The position numbers and the translations under genes were made by a program. From Candidatus Bathyarchaeia archaeon (GTDB lineage: Archaea; Thermoproteota; Bathyarchaeia; Bathyarchaeales; Bathycorpusculaceae): a stretch of 64,000 nucleotides of DNA. The notes below the pieces were generated by a model, which saw only the letters and a program-made list of their open reading frames with translations, had not been told where the DNA came from and made no database searches. Positions 39,286-48,636 of the stretch are shown one piece after another. Location: NCBI GenBank assembly GCA_049512935.1, contig JBEKWR010000002.1, positions 64,001 through 128,000 of the forward strand. The letters are read 5' to 3'. Positions within the stretch are counted from its first letter, which is position 1. Each line of letters starts with the position of its first letter.

Positions 39286-40642
39286 TTTCGACTTCCTCTG
39301 AATGCTTGTTTGTTTGTGCCTTCAGGTGCTGCATGGTTTCTTGCAAGTCAGTTTCAAAAAAACCTGCAGGCCAGTATTCTATGTTTCCGTTTTTATCAAA
39401 ATCAATTCGCTTGACAATTGTGCCGTTTGAATCTAAAGTAAATTCGTACAAAACAATATCTTCCCTTTTCAATTCGCCTTCTGCAATTCTACGCGCAAAT
39501 CTTAGCATCATGTGTTCACTGTGAGTCTCTATTACAGAGGTCTTATCGCTTTTGGCTAGATCAATAAATAAATCAGCTAATTCAGCCTGAGCTTTGGGGT
39601 GAAGGTGTATTTCTGGCTGTTCGATTAGTAGAAGCGTACCCTTCTTAGCCGTTATTCCTTCTGTAACGATCGGCAGTACTTGTGAAATGCCGAAACCAAC
39701 GTCTTTTAAGTTATCGTTAGACCCGGTCCGCATGTTTTTAAGTTCAACTTTCCAGATACTCGCTTTGGGAGAAAGTTTTTCAATCGTTATACTCTCTGCC
39801 ATTTCGAATTTTCTGAACCAGTAATTAATTTTGCGAATATTCTCTTCATACAAGGAATACAAGTAATCTATTGTTTTCTCGCCTCGAAGACCTACGTCTG
39901 AGGGTTTCTCGCCTGAAGATATGTAGTACCTTTTGGGATATTCTCTGAGAGGGCCTAAGTATAAGAGAAATTCTTGGAAATATTCTTCGATTGCATTGGG
40001 ATATCTTCTTAGCCAAAGTTCATTGATCATAACTCCCTTTGTCTCTAAGGGCATAGAAACAGACCACATAAAATGTCTCTGGGTAACGAAAATACGACTT
40101 GTTCTAGGCTCTTGTAGACTTTTATCTGACGAAATTTCAATTGGTGTCTTAAGATCTTTATTGAAGAGGCTGACTATAACCTTATTTTCAACATTAATAA
40201 GGGAATCTGCCTCATTTCGATTCACTTTCAAATCTTTCAGGAAAATTGTTTCGCTTCTCTCGTCATATTTTACTCGGAAAGTGATTGAATGTGGCAAAAA
40301 TCTGGAAATTTCAAAGATAGAACTGTTTTCGCTGCTATTTGGTGCCCTAAGGAGTAGGGCAGAAAAGCCTTTTTTTGAAAAAGTAAGCCCTACCTCAATT
40401 TCATTCTCTATTTTATGTCCGTAAACAACATCTCGGTAACTGCCTAGTTGAACTAATGGTCCTTCTAAGATTAAGGGAGATTTATCGCTGCGACTACTCA
40501 ATGTTTGCTTAAGAGTCGTCAACAGAGAAATTAATGAAGATTTGCCGCTGTTATTTGGACCTATTAACAGTGTAATCGGTTTAATCTCAAATTGCGCATC
40601 GTGCAGCGATCTGAAATTCTTCACCTTAATACCATTCAGCAA
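39266..40642 (-). CDS. AAA_15/AAA_21 ABC-type ATPase with DUF3696-like C-terminus
   Basis: NFRS, GPNNSGKSS, VGFGISQVLP, IEQPEIHLHP, ETHSEH, WPAGFF. Confidence 0.85.
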   Translation of the reverse strand: MLNGIKVKNFRSLHDAQFEIKPITLLIGPNNSGKSSLISLLTTLKQTLSSRSDKSPLILEGPLVQLGSYRDVVYGHKIENEIEVGLTFSKKGFSALLLRAPNSSENSSIFEISRFLPHSITFRVKYDERSETIFLKDLKVNRNEADSLINVENKVIVSLFNKDLKTPIEISSDKSLQEPRTSRIFVTQRHFMWSVSMPLETKGVMINELWLRRYPNAIEEYFQEFLLYLGPLREYPKRYYISSGEKPSDVGLRGEKTIDYLYSLYEENIRKINYWFRKFEMAESITIEKLSPKASIWKVELKNMRTGSNDNLKDVGFGISQVLPIVTEGITAKKGTLLLIEQPEIHLHPKAQAELADLFIDLAKSDKTSVIETHSEHMMLRFARRIAEGELKREDIVLYEFTLDSNGTIVKRIDFDKNGNIEYWPAGFFETDLQETMQHLKAQTNKHSEEVENGDVGS

Positions 40643-40784
40643 GAGTCATCACCAAACGACTGTTAGCCTTATTGCCTATCAATTTAACAGTAGGTTTGTT
40701 TTTAATTGTTTCTATAAAGGAAAAAAAACCAGCTTTCTAAATCGAACAGTGCAAAAAAAGGAAGGTTGTTAAGAAAGGGTTTCT

Positions 40785-42836
40785 CTAACTGACTTCGATA
40801 GCCTTAACTAATGCATCTCGTGCATCAGAATAAAATTGGATAGCAATCTTGGTTGCCAACTCATCAGGCAAGTCAATAAGCTGGCGCCTGCTGGAAATGG
40901 GCATCAGTAAACTCGTTGCACCTTTTTCTACTGCTACTTCGGCCATAGAAACCGGATTATTGAGAGGTTCAATCGATCCGCCAAGAGCGATTTCTCCAAC
41001 AATAACTAGCCCGCCGCGAACGTTTCTCTTCAGTAGGGACGTACAGAGAGCAATTAACGTTGCCACTCCTAGCTTGGCACCTGATTTCGAAAGATCAAAA
41101 GCTCTTAGTTGGACGGTGAATTCGTGGTTTCTTGGGTCTTTATCGCCGACTAATTGGACCGATCGAGCGTAGAGGTTTTGTTCTGCATAGCTGACGCTTT
41201 CCCGGAATGCGGAAGGTGCGGGTTTGTTGAGGATCTTTACACCTGTTCCTGGTCCCTCATTTACCTCTATTCTGTATAGTCCGGGATGCTCGTCAGCTAC
41301 GTCGGGGTTTATGGTCCACACTTGCCCTGGCTCCAGAGGGTCTCCACCTATGCTGTTTTCGCTAAGAAGTTCAGGTGTTGAGACAAATTTTTCGATACCG
41401 TCTACTCCGAGAACGTAGCTAAAAGCGGTGTTTCTGAATTCTGCTGAGCCTATTCTCTTCTGCTGCTCCTTGACTCGGCGTCTAGACTCCATTGCTATTC
41501 TGATAGCCCACTCGAGTTCTTCATCGGGGATTTCTGAGTTAGGTTCTGGATAGAGTAATTTCAGTAATCCGCTGGCAGTTTTATTGACTGCGTTGACATC
41601 TCTGGGGCTCAGTGCTCCGCCATATAGTGCTCTGCCTTGGAGTTGAGGGAGTCTGCTTTGGTTTCGCAGCTCGCTCCAGCATTCAGAAAGGAAATCGCTT
41701 ACTAGCCCAAAGTGATTAGTAAGAAATTCTTTGCCGATTTTTGGCACGTCCCACCCCGGTACATAGGCATGAATGCGATCCATAAATGCGGTATCGTTCC
41801 TAATTTCCTCGGGCATAGGACCAAAAAGATGCCCTATTCTTTGCTGATGCTCGACGTCGACCTCGAAATTGCCTACTAGAACTATGCTTCCTGCGGCGCG
41901 TATGTTTTCTTTTCCTCTACTGAACTCGCCTGATTCCATGTAGCCTTTCATTATGTTTACGCCGTCTTTTTGGTCAAAAGAGATGCCTGATATTTCGTCG
42001 AAGCAGACGACGTCGTATTGGCAGACGAGTCCTCTTTGACCGGTTGAGTTATTAACGAACATTTTGGCCACGGTGGCTTTCCCGCCTGAGATTAAGTGGG
42101 CGTACGGTGAGATTTGTTGGAAGAGGTGACTTTTACCGGTGCCTCTTGGTCCCAATTCTACTTGATTGTAGTTTCTTTCTACGAAGGGCACCATTCTTAG
42201 AAGTAATGCGTTTTTTGCTCTTTCCTGTAGTGTTGCTGATTCGATTCCTATGCTACGGAGCAAAAAGGCTTTCCACTCTTCTGTTGAGAAATTCTTTCTG
42301 GCTTTTGCTAATATGTCAAGTATATCATGTTTTGATAACTGAATCTCCCTAAGATTTGTTACTCCGAAAGGTCTACCTTTGTTTTCTTCAGTGATTGTTG
42401 GATCATAGGTTAATGTGATTTCAGCGTAGAAACCTCCAGTAAGCATTCGCTCGTGTTGTCTTACCATTTCATCTGGAATCCGAGCGTCTGTTAATTGGAG
42501 GCTTGGCAGGGTTGCTACGTATGAATCGGTTTTGGCATCCAGCCTTGCCGTGATAAGGTCGATAAGTTTTACTTCGCCGTTTTCTCTGGCTCTTGACTTG
42601 AATAATTCCTCTTCCCCGGCTTTGACTGTTCGGGATTCTAGCTGACGTTGGACGATCTCTAAGCCTTCGTCGATTTCTTTTTGGTTTATGCTTGCGCAAT
42701 AGCGTCCTAAGAGGAATTCCACTACGTATGTTGGGACGGGGAATTGGCGGCTAAAAGTGCGAACAAGGTCTTTTCTAACAATGTACCCATCGAGCGAAGA
42801 TGCGGCTAACTTGTCTATTTGGTCTAATTCGGTCAT
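40785..42836 (-). CDS. brxL: BREX Lon-related protein BrxL
   Basis: VPTYVVEFLLGRYC, ELGPRGTGKSH, FDEI, DTAFMDRIH; C-terminal Lon-like domain. Confidence 0.93.
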   Translation of the reverse strand: MTELDQIDKLAASSLDGYIVRKDLVRTFSRQFPVPTYVVEFLLGRYCASINQKEIDEGLEIVQRQLESRTVKAGEEELFKSRARENGEVKLIDLITARLDAKTDSYVATLPSLQLTDARIPDEMVRQHERMLTGGFYAEITLTYDPTITEENKGRPFGVTNLREIQLSKHDILDILAKARKNFSTEEWKAFLLRSIGIESATLQERAKNALLLRMVPFVERNYNQVELGPRGTGKSHLFQQISPYAHLISGGKATVAKMFVNNSTGQRGLVCQYDVVCFDEISGISFDQKDGVNIMKGYMESGEFSRGKENIRAAGSIVLVGNFEVDVEHQQRIGHLFGPMPEEIRNDTAFMDRIHAYVPGWDVPKIGKEFLTNHFGLVSDFLSECWSELRNQSRLPQLQGRALYGGALSPRDVNAVNKTASGLLKLLYPEPNSEIPDEELEWAIRIAMESRRRVKEQQKRIGSAEFRNTAFSYVLGVDGIEKFVSTPELLSENSIGGDPLEPGQVWTINPDVADEHPGLYRIEVNEGPGTGVKILNKPAPSAFRESVSYAEQNLYARSVQLVGDKDPRNHEFTVQLRAFDLSKSGAKLGVATLIALCTSLLKRNVRGGLVIVGEIALGGSIEPLNNPVSMAEVAVEKGATSLLMPISSRRQLIDLPDELATKIAIQFYSDARDALVKAIEVS

Positions 42837-45184
42837 CTATTTTCTTCCCCGCCAACGAAAGTATCTATTTGGGCTACGAGTTCCCCTTTTTGATTGATAA
42901 GTACTATGGTGGAATTGGAACCTTCTAAGTCTTCGTTTTCCACCACGACTGATGCTGTTCCGTTTTCCTTGAGGGGTTGAGTGCGAACCACAATGCTTGA
43001 TGTTGAGTCACCGGGCTGCGTTCGTATGTCTAAAGAGAGTCCTTCATAGACGCTGTCGGTTGCGATTGTGCATCGCAAACCCTTCCATGCTATATCGGTT
43101 ATTTCAGGCGCAATGTGGAAAGTATGCGATTCGCTAGGGGAGACTTCGAGTTCCATGATTACGCATTCCTGTAGGCTGATTCCGCCGTGGTCGTATTCTG
43201 TTCCGTTACGAAAGCAGCTGATGCCATTGGCTAGGGCAAAGTGTTGGTTAGGATTCCAGTACCATGGATACAACTGTCCATCTGTTACTGCGCCAGGTTT
43301 TATGGCGGCGCAGCGGCCCCATTTAGTTGCAGTTTGAGCGCTTGGCAACTCAATTTTTGGTAGATCACCTGGCATGAGGAGCCAACCGTGATCTGTAACT
43401 ATTTTGACTTTTTTCCATCCAGAATTTAATAATGTGATTACTTGGTCACTTATGTCGGCCAATATTGCGTCAATTTGTTTAACTATTTTCCATCCTCTTT
43501 CATGTCCCGCACGGTCGATGTCTCCAAATTCGATCCATCCATTACCGTTGACATCGCCGCTTTGGTTGACGTCGAGAATTTGCCATCCAGCTTCAATCAA
43601 TAATTTTTTGAGATAGTATGCATTGAGAGGTTGACCGGTATCTGCAACTGATGGTTCAAACGAATTCGCAGCATCCTTTCCAACAATTCTGTTTTTAATT
43701 GGAGAAACAGCAGGTTTGCCTGTTGAGGTAACGGTTGGAAGTGGAGCCCAAGCAGGCTTTTCTTTAATTTGGTAGCCACACACTTTTAGCAAGCCAGCGA
43801 GCCTTTTTGCCGCATCAAACCGTAAGCCATCTACAAAGAGTATACAGTCCCCGTTTTTATGGTCGCCGTCTTTCTTTTTGTCTGAACGTTGAAGTGGGTA
43901 ACCATTTTCGTCTATCACTTTTTGAAGGTATCTTGCTGATTCTTCAGCCCAGGGAACGTAGATGGCTCTTATTGATTTGGTTATCACCTCAATATCTTGC
44001 TGTTTCTCTACATAGGCCAACGCTCGTAGCACAGCATCATCTGCTTGCCAACCTGTGCTTTGGTATTCTTTCATGAGATCGTCTGCGGAACCCATCACCA
44101 GTCTCTTAGCTGTTGTCTCTGCGAGAATAGCCAGGTGTTCCAGTGATTGAGCAAGTGGGGCTTCGCATAACTCTGCCCATATTAGGTTTCGTCTTGACCG
44201 GTGTTCTTTTTCAAGTTCCAGGATTTTTTCCCTTGCCTTTAAGGGCGGGTTGTTGTCAATATCGCTCAAGCTTTTTCGGAGATTGTTTTCTTGTGCGTCG
44301 TTCCATTGAGGCCATCTATTGTACGTTGTCTTTCCTGGGCTATACCAATCCATGCTTGCTGGCGGCTTGCAGTTCCTAACCCTTTTTGGTATATTGGGGT
44401 AACGTTTTGGGGCTTCGCAGAATCTGTCCCATACAGGTTGCCATTGGCTGTCTCGAGATGCCAGCTTTTTAGCGCCTGAAAGTGGGCCATCTTTGTCGGG
44501 ATTAAAAGTTAGCTTTGATTCGCACATTTCGACAAATGCTTGCCATCTTTTCTCGCCCAAGTTTGTCTTGAAGGAGTCGCCTTGATCAAGCCACTGCAGA
44601 ACAAGCCGTACGTAATCCCCAGCGTAAATCGAGTTGAAAAAATCTTTATCAAGTCTTTCTCCCTTGAGCGCTTCTATATCCATGTCTAAGAGTGGATCGA
44701 GTGCTCGAAGCATGGCGTTCTTGGTGTCATTGTCTTGAGCTACATCTAATCCCAAGCCGCCTTGATCTGATTTGAGAAATGCTAGTACTGTCCAGTCTTT
44801 GGAGTTAATTTGTGACCACACAACGCTTCGATATTGGAGTTCTGCAAGAGGCCTTAGCGCTTCTTTGATTTTGTCGGCTCTAAGATCTTGACGCCCTGTT
44901 CCAGGTAAATAAATAATGGGAATTCTATCTGTGGGAAGTTGAATTTCATCTGCTTTCCCAGCAATAGCACAGCGTAGCCAGATTGCAGGTCCCGTACGTT
45001 TCTCAGGACAGTATTCTCCAAAAACCAGTAATTCAGGCAGCTTGGTCAGAAAAGCTTGAGTTGCATCTTTCCATTGGTTTTCGCTGTCAAGCCATAAGAC
45101 GCAGGCTGGAACAGTTTGTATATCTGGGTTGTAGTTTGTTGCCGTAGCGTGAATTTTATTTATGAGATAGTCAATAACCTGCAT
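42833..45184 (-). CDS. pglZ: BREX-1 phosphatase PglZ (type B)
   Basis: FVDGLRFD, LPTVT, VTDHGW, HGGISLQE alkaline-phosphatase-fold motifs. Confidence 0.92.
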   Translation of the reverse strand: MQVIDYLINKIHATATNYNPDIQTVPACVLWLDSENQWKDATQAFLTKLPELLVFGEYCPEKRTGPAIWLRCAIAGKADEIQLPTDRIPIIYLPGTGRQDLRADKIKEALRPLAELQYRSVVWSQINSKDWTVLAFLKSDQGGLGLDVAQDNDTKNAMLRALDPLLDMDIEALKGERLDKDFFNSIYAGDYVRLVLQWLDQGDSFKTNLGEKRWQAFVEMCESKLTFNPDKDGPLSGAKKLASRDSQWQPVWDRFCEAPKRYPNIPKRVRNCKPPASMDWYSPGKTTYNRWPQWNDAQENNLRKSLSDIDNNPPLKAREKILELEKEHRSRRNLIWAELCEAPLAQSLEHLAILAETTAKRLVMGSADDLMKEYQSTGWQADDAVLRALAYVEKQQDIEVITKSIRAIYVPWAEESARYLQKVIDENGYPLQRSDKKKDGDHKNGDCILFVDGLRFDAAKRLAGLLKVCGYQIKEKPAWAPLPTVTSTGKPAVSPIKNRIVGKDAANSFEPSVADTGQPLNAYYLKKLLIEAGWQILDVNQSGDVNGNGWIEFGDIDRAGHERGWKIVKQIDAILADISDQVITLLNSGWKKVKIVTDHGWLLMPGDLPKIELPSAQTATKWGRCAAIKPGAVTDGQLYPWYWNPNQHFALANGISCFRNGTEYDHGGISLQECVIMELEVSPSESHTFHIAPEITDIAWKGLRCTIATDSVYEGLSLDIRTQPGDSTSSIVVRTQPLKENGTASVVVENEDLEGSNSTIVLINQKGELVAQIDTFVGGEENR

Positions 45185-45213
45185 TTATGTTACCCTAAGC
45201 TTGATTTATCCTT

Positions 45214-48200
45214 TTACTGGATGACAATTGGTCCTTTATTTAGTGCTGCCTTAAGTTTTTCTCTGACTTCTTCAAGCCATGACTCGATGTCTTCTTCAGT
45301 CTTGAGGGTTCTTCGCGGGATTTTTACGATTTGCGTTTTAGGTTCAAGCTCTTTGGCGGCCAATTCTCGGGCACGTTCGAAGCGTCCTGCAAGTGCATCT
45401 ATTCGGTCGTTCCATGAGTGGAGAGGATGCTGTTTGAGTTCTTCTATTACGTCTTCTCGTGTTCCGATTGTTATTTCGTCTATTTCTGCTATGTTGGATT
45501 TTTCTTTTATTTCCTCTTGTGACGTCTGAGTTAGTTCCTTCCATGATGAGTCTCGTTCTAGCAATTGGTTTTGATTAGTGAATTCGATTGTGTAGCGTTT
45601 GTTGTATTGAGTGATTTCTTTTCTTAATGCATCTTCTAATGGTCGGATTAGCGGCGAAATTAGGTCGGGTTCTGCAAGTAATAGCCGGTGTTCTTCAATG
45701 GCTGTTGCTTGTTGCTTTGTTGCCTCGGATTCTTTTATGTCGTCGGTATATTGGAGTAACTCCTTGAGGCTTAGCCATGATTCCCACCGTTTTTGTATAT
45801 TGGCGGCAAGTGCTGTCCACTCGTCGAATTTTTTTGTTAATTCTTCACTGCGGTTATAGATAGCCAGAAGTTGCTCATTGCCTGCGGTCCGTCGAATTTC
45901 ATCTATTATTAATTTGTCTGGTTGTGCTGGTTTTGGGGGGTCTCCGCCTGCGTTTGTTGCTAGTTCTTCCATTTTCTCGATGAAGCTTTCGGTATTTGCT
46001 AGCTCTTCGCCAGGTTTTGTTGCGATGCCCGCATGTTGAAGTAGTTTGCGAATTTGGAGTCGTTGGTCTGTTGTTACTAAGATCGATTCTATTTTGAATG
46101 TTGCCTTGCCGATTGCTTTTCGTTCCAGGTCTTTGGGGTCTACTATTTGCCAACGTTCATCTTGGGCCAGAATTAAATTGCATATGAGGAGCACTTGGAT
46201 TCCGCCATCCACTGCATCTCTGGACCAACCGTACGGCGGGTCTTCGAAGTAGGTACGTATCTCTGTTCCCTTTTTACCCCCTGCAATGTACCCTAAAATA
46301 GCTTTGCAAACAGGATTCTTTGCGGGTTCGCCGTCAAAGTGTACAGTTTTAAGTGCATCTGGTGAACCTTGTTTGGCTTTGATATAGACGGCTCCCCATC
46401 CAGCGTCATCAGCAGTATCAAATTGGGGATAGAGCCTTTGGAATGATTTCTCAGATGCGTCTAAAATCATTTCTTGCAGATTGCTTCCAGGAATTTCGTT
46501 TCCGCCGCCTTGGTAGACTCTGGCTCCAGAGAAGACGTCGTCTAGCAGCTCCTCTATTTTGCTGTCGGCAGTTCTACGTATAGTTTCTATTGCAGCGTAA
46601 GCTTCTTTGCCTTCAGGATTGTCGGGCAATCCTTTTTTTTCTATTGTGGCGTTAGCAGCTTTGTAGTCAATTATGTTTTGGCGTAAATCATCCGCTGAGC
46701 GTTTGGGAATAAAGATGAAGATAGTTGGCGATTGATCCCTTGCTTGTCTTGCGTCTGCAAGAACTGATGCGTCATCTATGCTCCAACCATCCCGTATCCA
46801 GACGTAGACTTTTTTATCACTGTCTGTAGGAAGTTGGGGGTCAAACGTAGGGTGGATTTCTCGTGGGACGTTGGAGTTGCCTTGGTTAATTTGAAGTGTT
46901 TTTACTAGTTTAGAGAAGTGACTGCGGATGCGATCATCTCGTTCTGATTCGATGCGGTGGGAACTTTCGTTTATGAGCGCGGCGCGTTGATTTTGGAATT
47001 CGTTCGACCATTCAGCGCTTTGGGCAGTTTGGATGCGGTATTCGTCGCGTACCTTGATTATAAGTTCCTTGCAACCATCTAACAATCCAGGAAGTTTGTT
47101 TCGTAGAGAGCTGCTTCCTTCATTTAAGTCCTCTACCATTAAATCAGCAATTGTATCTACGTTTGCTTTGATGCCTATTTCGCGATTGCTAGATTCAAGC
47201 TTGTTAATGAGAAAGATAAGACCGCATGCACGTGCTAGAAGACGTTTATCTTCTGAGGGATCATTTTTCCAGCTCTTTGTTTTCTCATAAACGTTCCTTG
47301 GCAGTACACGGAATTGTTGCATCTTATCTGCGGAGTCAAAATAGAGGTAATCCGCCGGAATTACGTTACCTATTTCCTTGGTTATGTTGCTTTGGATGGC
47401 TTTGTGAACCATGCTTAATTGGTTTCGGAGTTGACTGGCAGTTGGATCTAGAACATTGAAGATGCTTTCCCAGAAGCGGCGTCTAACAGGCAAGATTGGG
47501 TAGTCTTGGACAAAATAGTTGAAATCCTCTTGTTTGTGGGCAAGAGTTGTCCCTGAGAGGTGACGAGAAATTTCTCCTATGTTGGTTTGCATTATCTTTT
47601 TGAGGGGATCAATGGCGCTCGGTTTTTTAGCTAAAATTACTTTGCGAATAACTGCATCTACGTCTGTATCAGATAATTCCACTCTGACGGTGAATCGTCC
47701 TTCGAGTTTTCTTAGGTTTGATGTCCCTGTGATGGCTGTTTGCCCCGTGCCTAAGAAAAGCAGCTTTCCTCCAAAGCTCTCGCTGCATGCCTCCACAACT
47801 TCTTGAACATCCAAAGACCGTTGTGTGTCTGAACCGATAAACTGTTGGATCTCGTCTAAGGCAACTAGGGTTAGTGGAAACTTGCCGTCTTTATTTAATG
47901 CCTGACGAATTGCTTTTACCATTTCCTCGCTGGAAACGTCTTGCACATTGGGGTAGAAATTCTTAAGAATTTCAGCACAGGCGGATTGTGTAGGAAATAT
48001 ATTAGGTTTAGCCTTTACAAGTGCCTTGTGAAGTTCTTCGGCGACGTAGAAATTTGCAAGCTCTTCTTCCCAGTTAAGGCCACTTTGTTCAACAGTATGG
48101 CGGACTGTTTCGTAAATTCCTTCGTGTTGGAGCCACATTACAAAGCGGGCAAAGGGATATTTTTCAGGAAGGTTAATCGATTCAAATATAATACTCAGGA

Positions 48201-48636
48201 GGGCTAAACGTACGCTTCCGCTGGGGCTTGCTTCTAGTGTTCCCGATGCCGCGTGGAGTCCACCGTATCGCTTTGCTTGGGTACTAAGTTCTTTTAAAAG
48301 GGTAATAATATTGGTTGGAAGTTGCGCTATGCCACGTGCTGTTGCTCCGTCATCAAAATGCGTATCTACCCACAGGGCTCGAAGCATTTTGACCATGTGT
48401 GATTTGCCTGAGCCGAAAAAGCCGCTTATCCAGACGCCGGGCTGCTTTGGTTGTTCTATATTGTTGAGAAATGTCTCAAGGATGTGTTCCAGCCCTCTGG
48501 CATATTCTCCCTCGCAAACGAAGGTTTCAAGTTCATTTCTGAGTATCGAATTTGCTTGGTCGTTGACATGTGCCACTCCATCGTTGGCGAGTTTATGAAG
48601 GGTTGGATCCCTTAGGTATATTTCTTGGTTTATCAT
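45214..48636 (-). CDS. brxC: BREX P-loop ATPase BrxC
   Basis: ELETFVCEGEY, WISGFFGSGKSH, LDEIQQFI, PPYGWSRD. Confidence 0.93.
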   Translation of the reverse strand: MINQEIYLRDPTLHKLANDGVAHVNDQANSILRNELETFVCEGEYARGLEHILETFLNNIEQPKQPGVWISGFFGSGKSHMVKMLRALWVDTHFDDGATARGIAQLPTNIITLLKELSTQAKRYGGLHAASGTLEASPSGSVRLALLSIIFESINLPEKYPFARFVMWLQHEGIYETVRHTVEQSGLNWEEELANFYVAEELHKALVKAKPNIFPTQSACAEILKNFYPNVQDVSSEEMVKAIRQALNKDGKFPLTLVALDEIQQFIGSDTQRSLDVQEVVEACSESFGGKLLFLGTGQTAITGTSNLRKLEGRFTVRVELSDTDVDAVIRKVILAKKPSAIDPLKKIMQTNIGEISRHLSGTTLAHKQEDFNYFVQDYPILPVRRRFWESIFNVLDPTASQLRNQLSMVHKAIQSNITKEIGNVIPADYLYFDSADKMQQFRVLPRNVYEKTKSWKNDPSEDKRLLARACGLIFLINKLESSNREIGIKANVDTIADLMVEDLNEGSSSLRNKLPGLLDGCKELIIKVRDEYRIQTAQSAEWSNEFQNQRAALINESSHRIESERDDRIRSHFSKLVKTLQINQGNSNVPREIHPTFDPQLPTDSDKKVYVWIRDGWSIDDASVLADARQARDQSPTIFIFIPKRSADDLRQNIIDYKAANATIEKKGLPDNPEGKEAYAAIETIRRTADSKIEELLDDVFSGARVYQGGGNEIPGSNLQEMILDASEKSFQRLYPQFDTADDAGWGAVYIKAKQGSPDALKTVHFDGEPAKNPVCKAILGYIAGGKKGTEIRTYFEDPPYGWSRDAVDGGIQVLLICNLILAQDERWQIVDPKDLERKAIGKATFKIESILVTTDQRLQIRKLLQHAGIATKPGEELANTESFIEKMEELATNAGGDPPKPAQPDKLIIDEIRRTAGNEQLLAIYNRSEELTKKFDEWTALAANIQKRWESWLSLKELLQYTDDIKESEATKQQATAIEEHRLLLAEPDLISPLIRPLEDALRKEITQYNKRYTIEFTNQNQLLERDSSWKELTQTSQEEIKEKSNIAEIDEITIGTREDVIEELKQHPLHSWNDRIDALAGRFERARELAAKELEPKTQIVKIPRRTLKTEEDIESWLEEVREKLKAALNKGPIVIQ

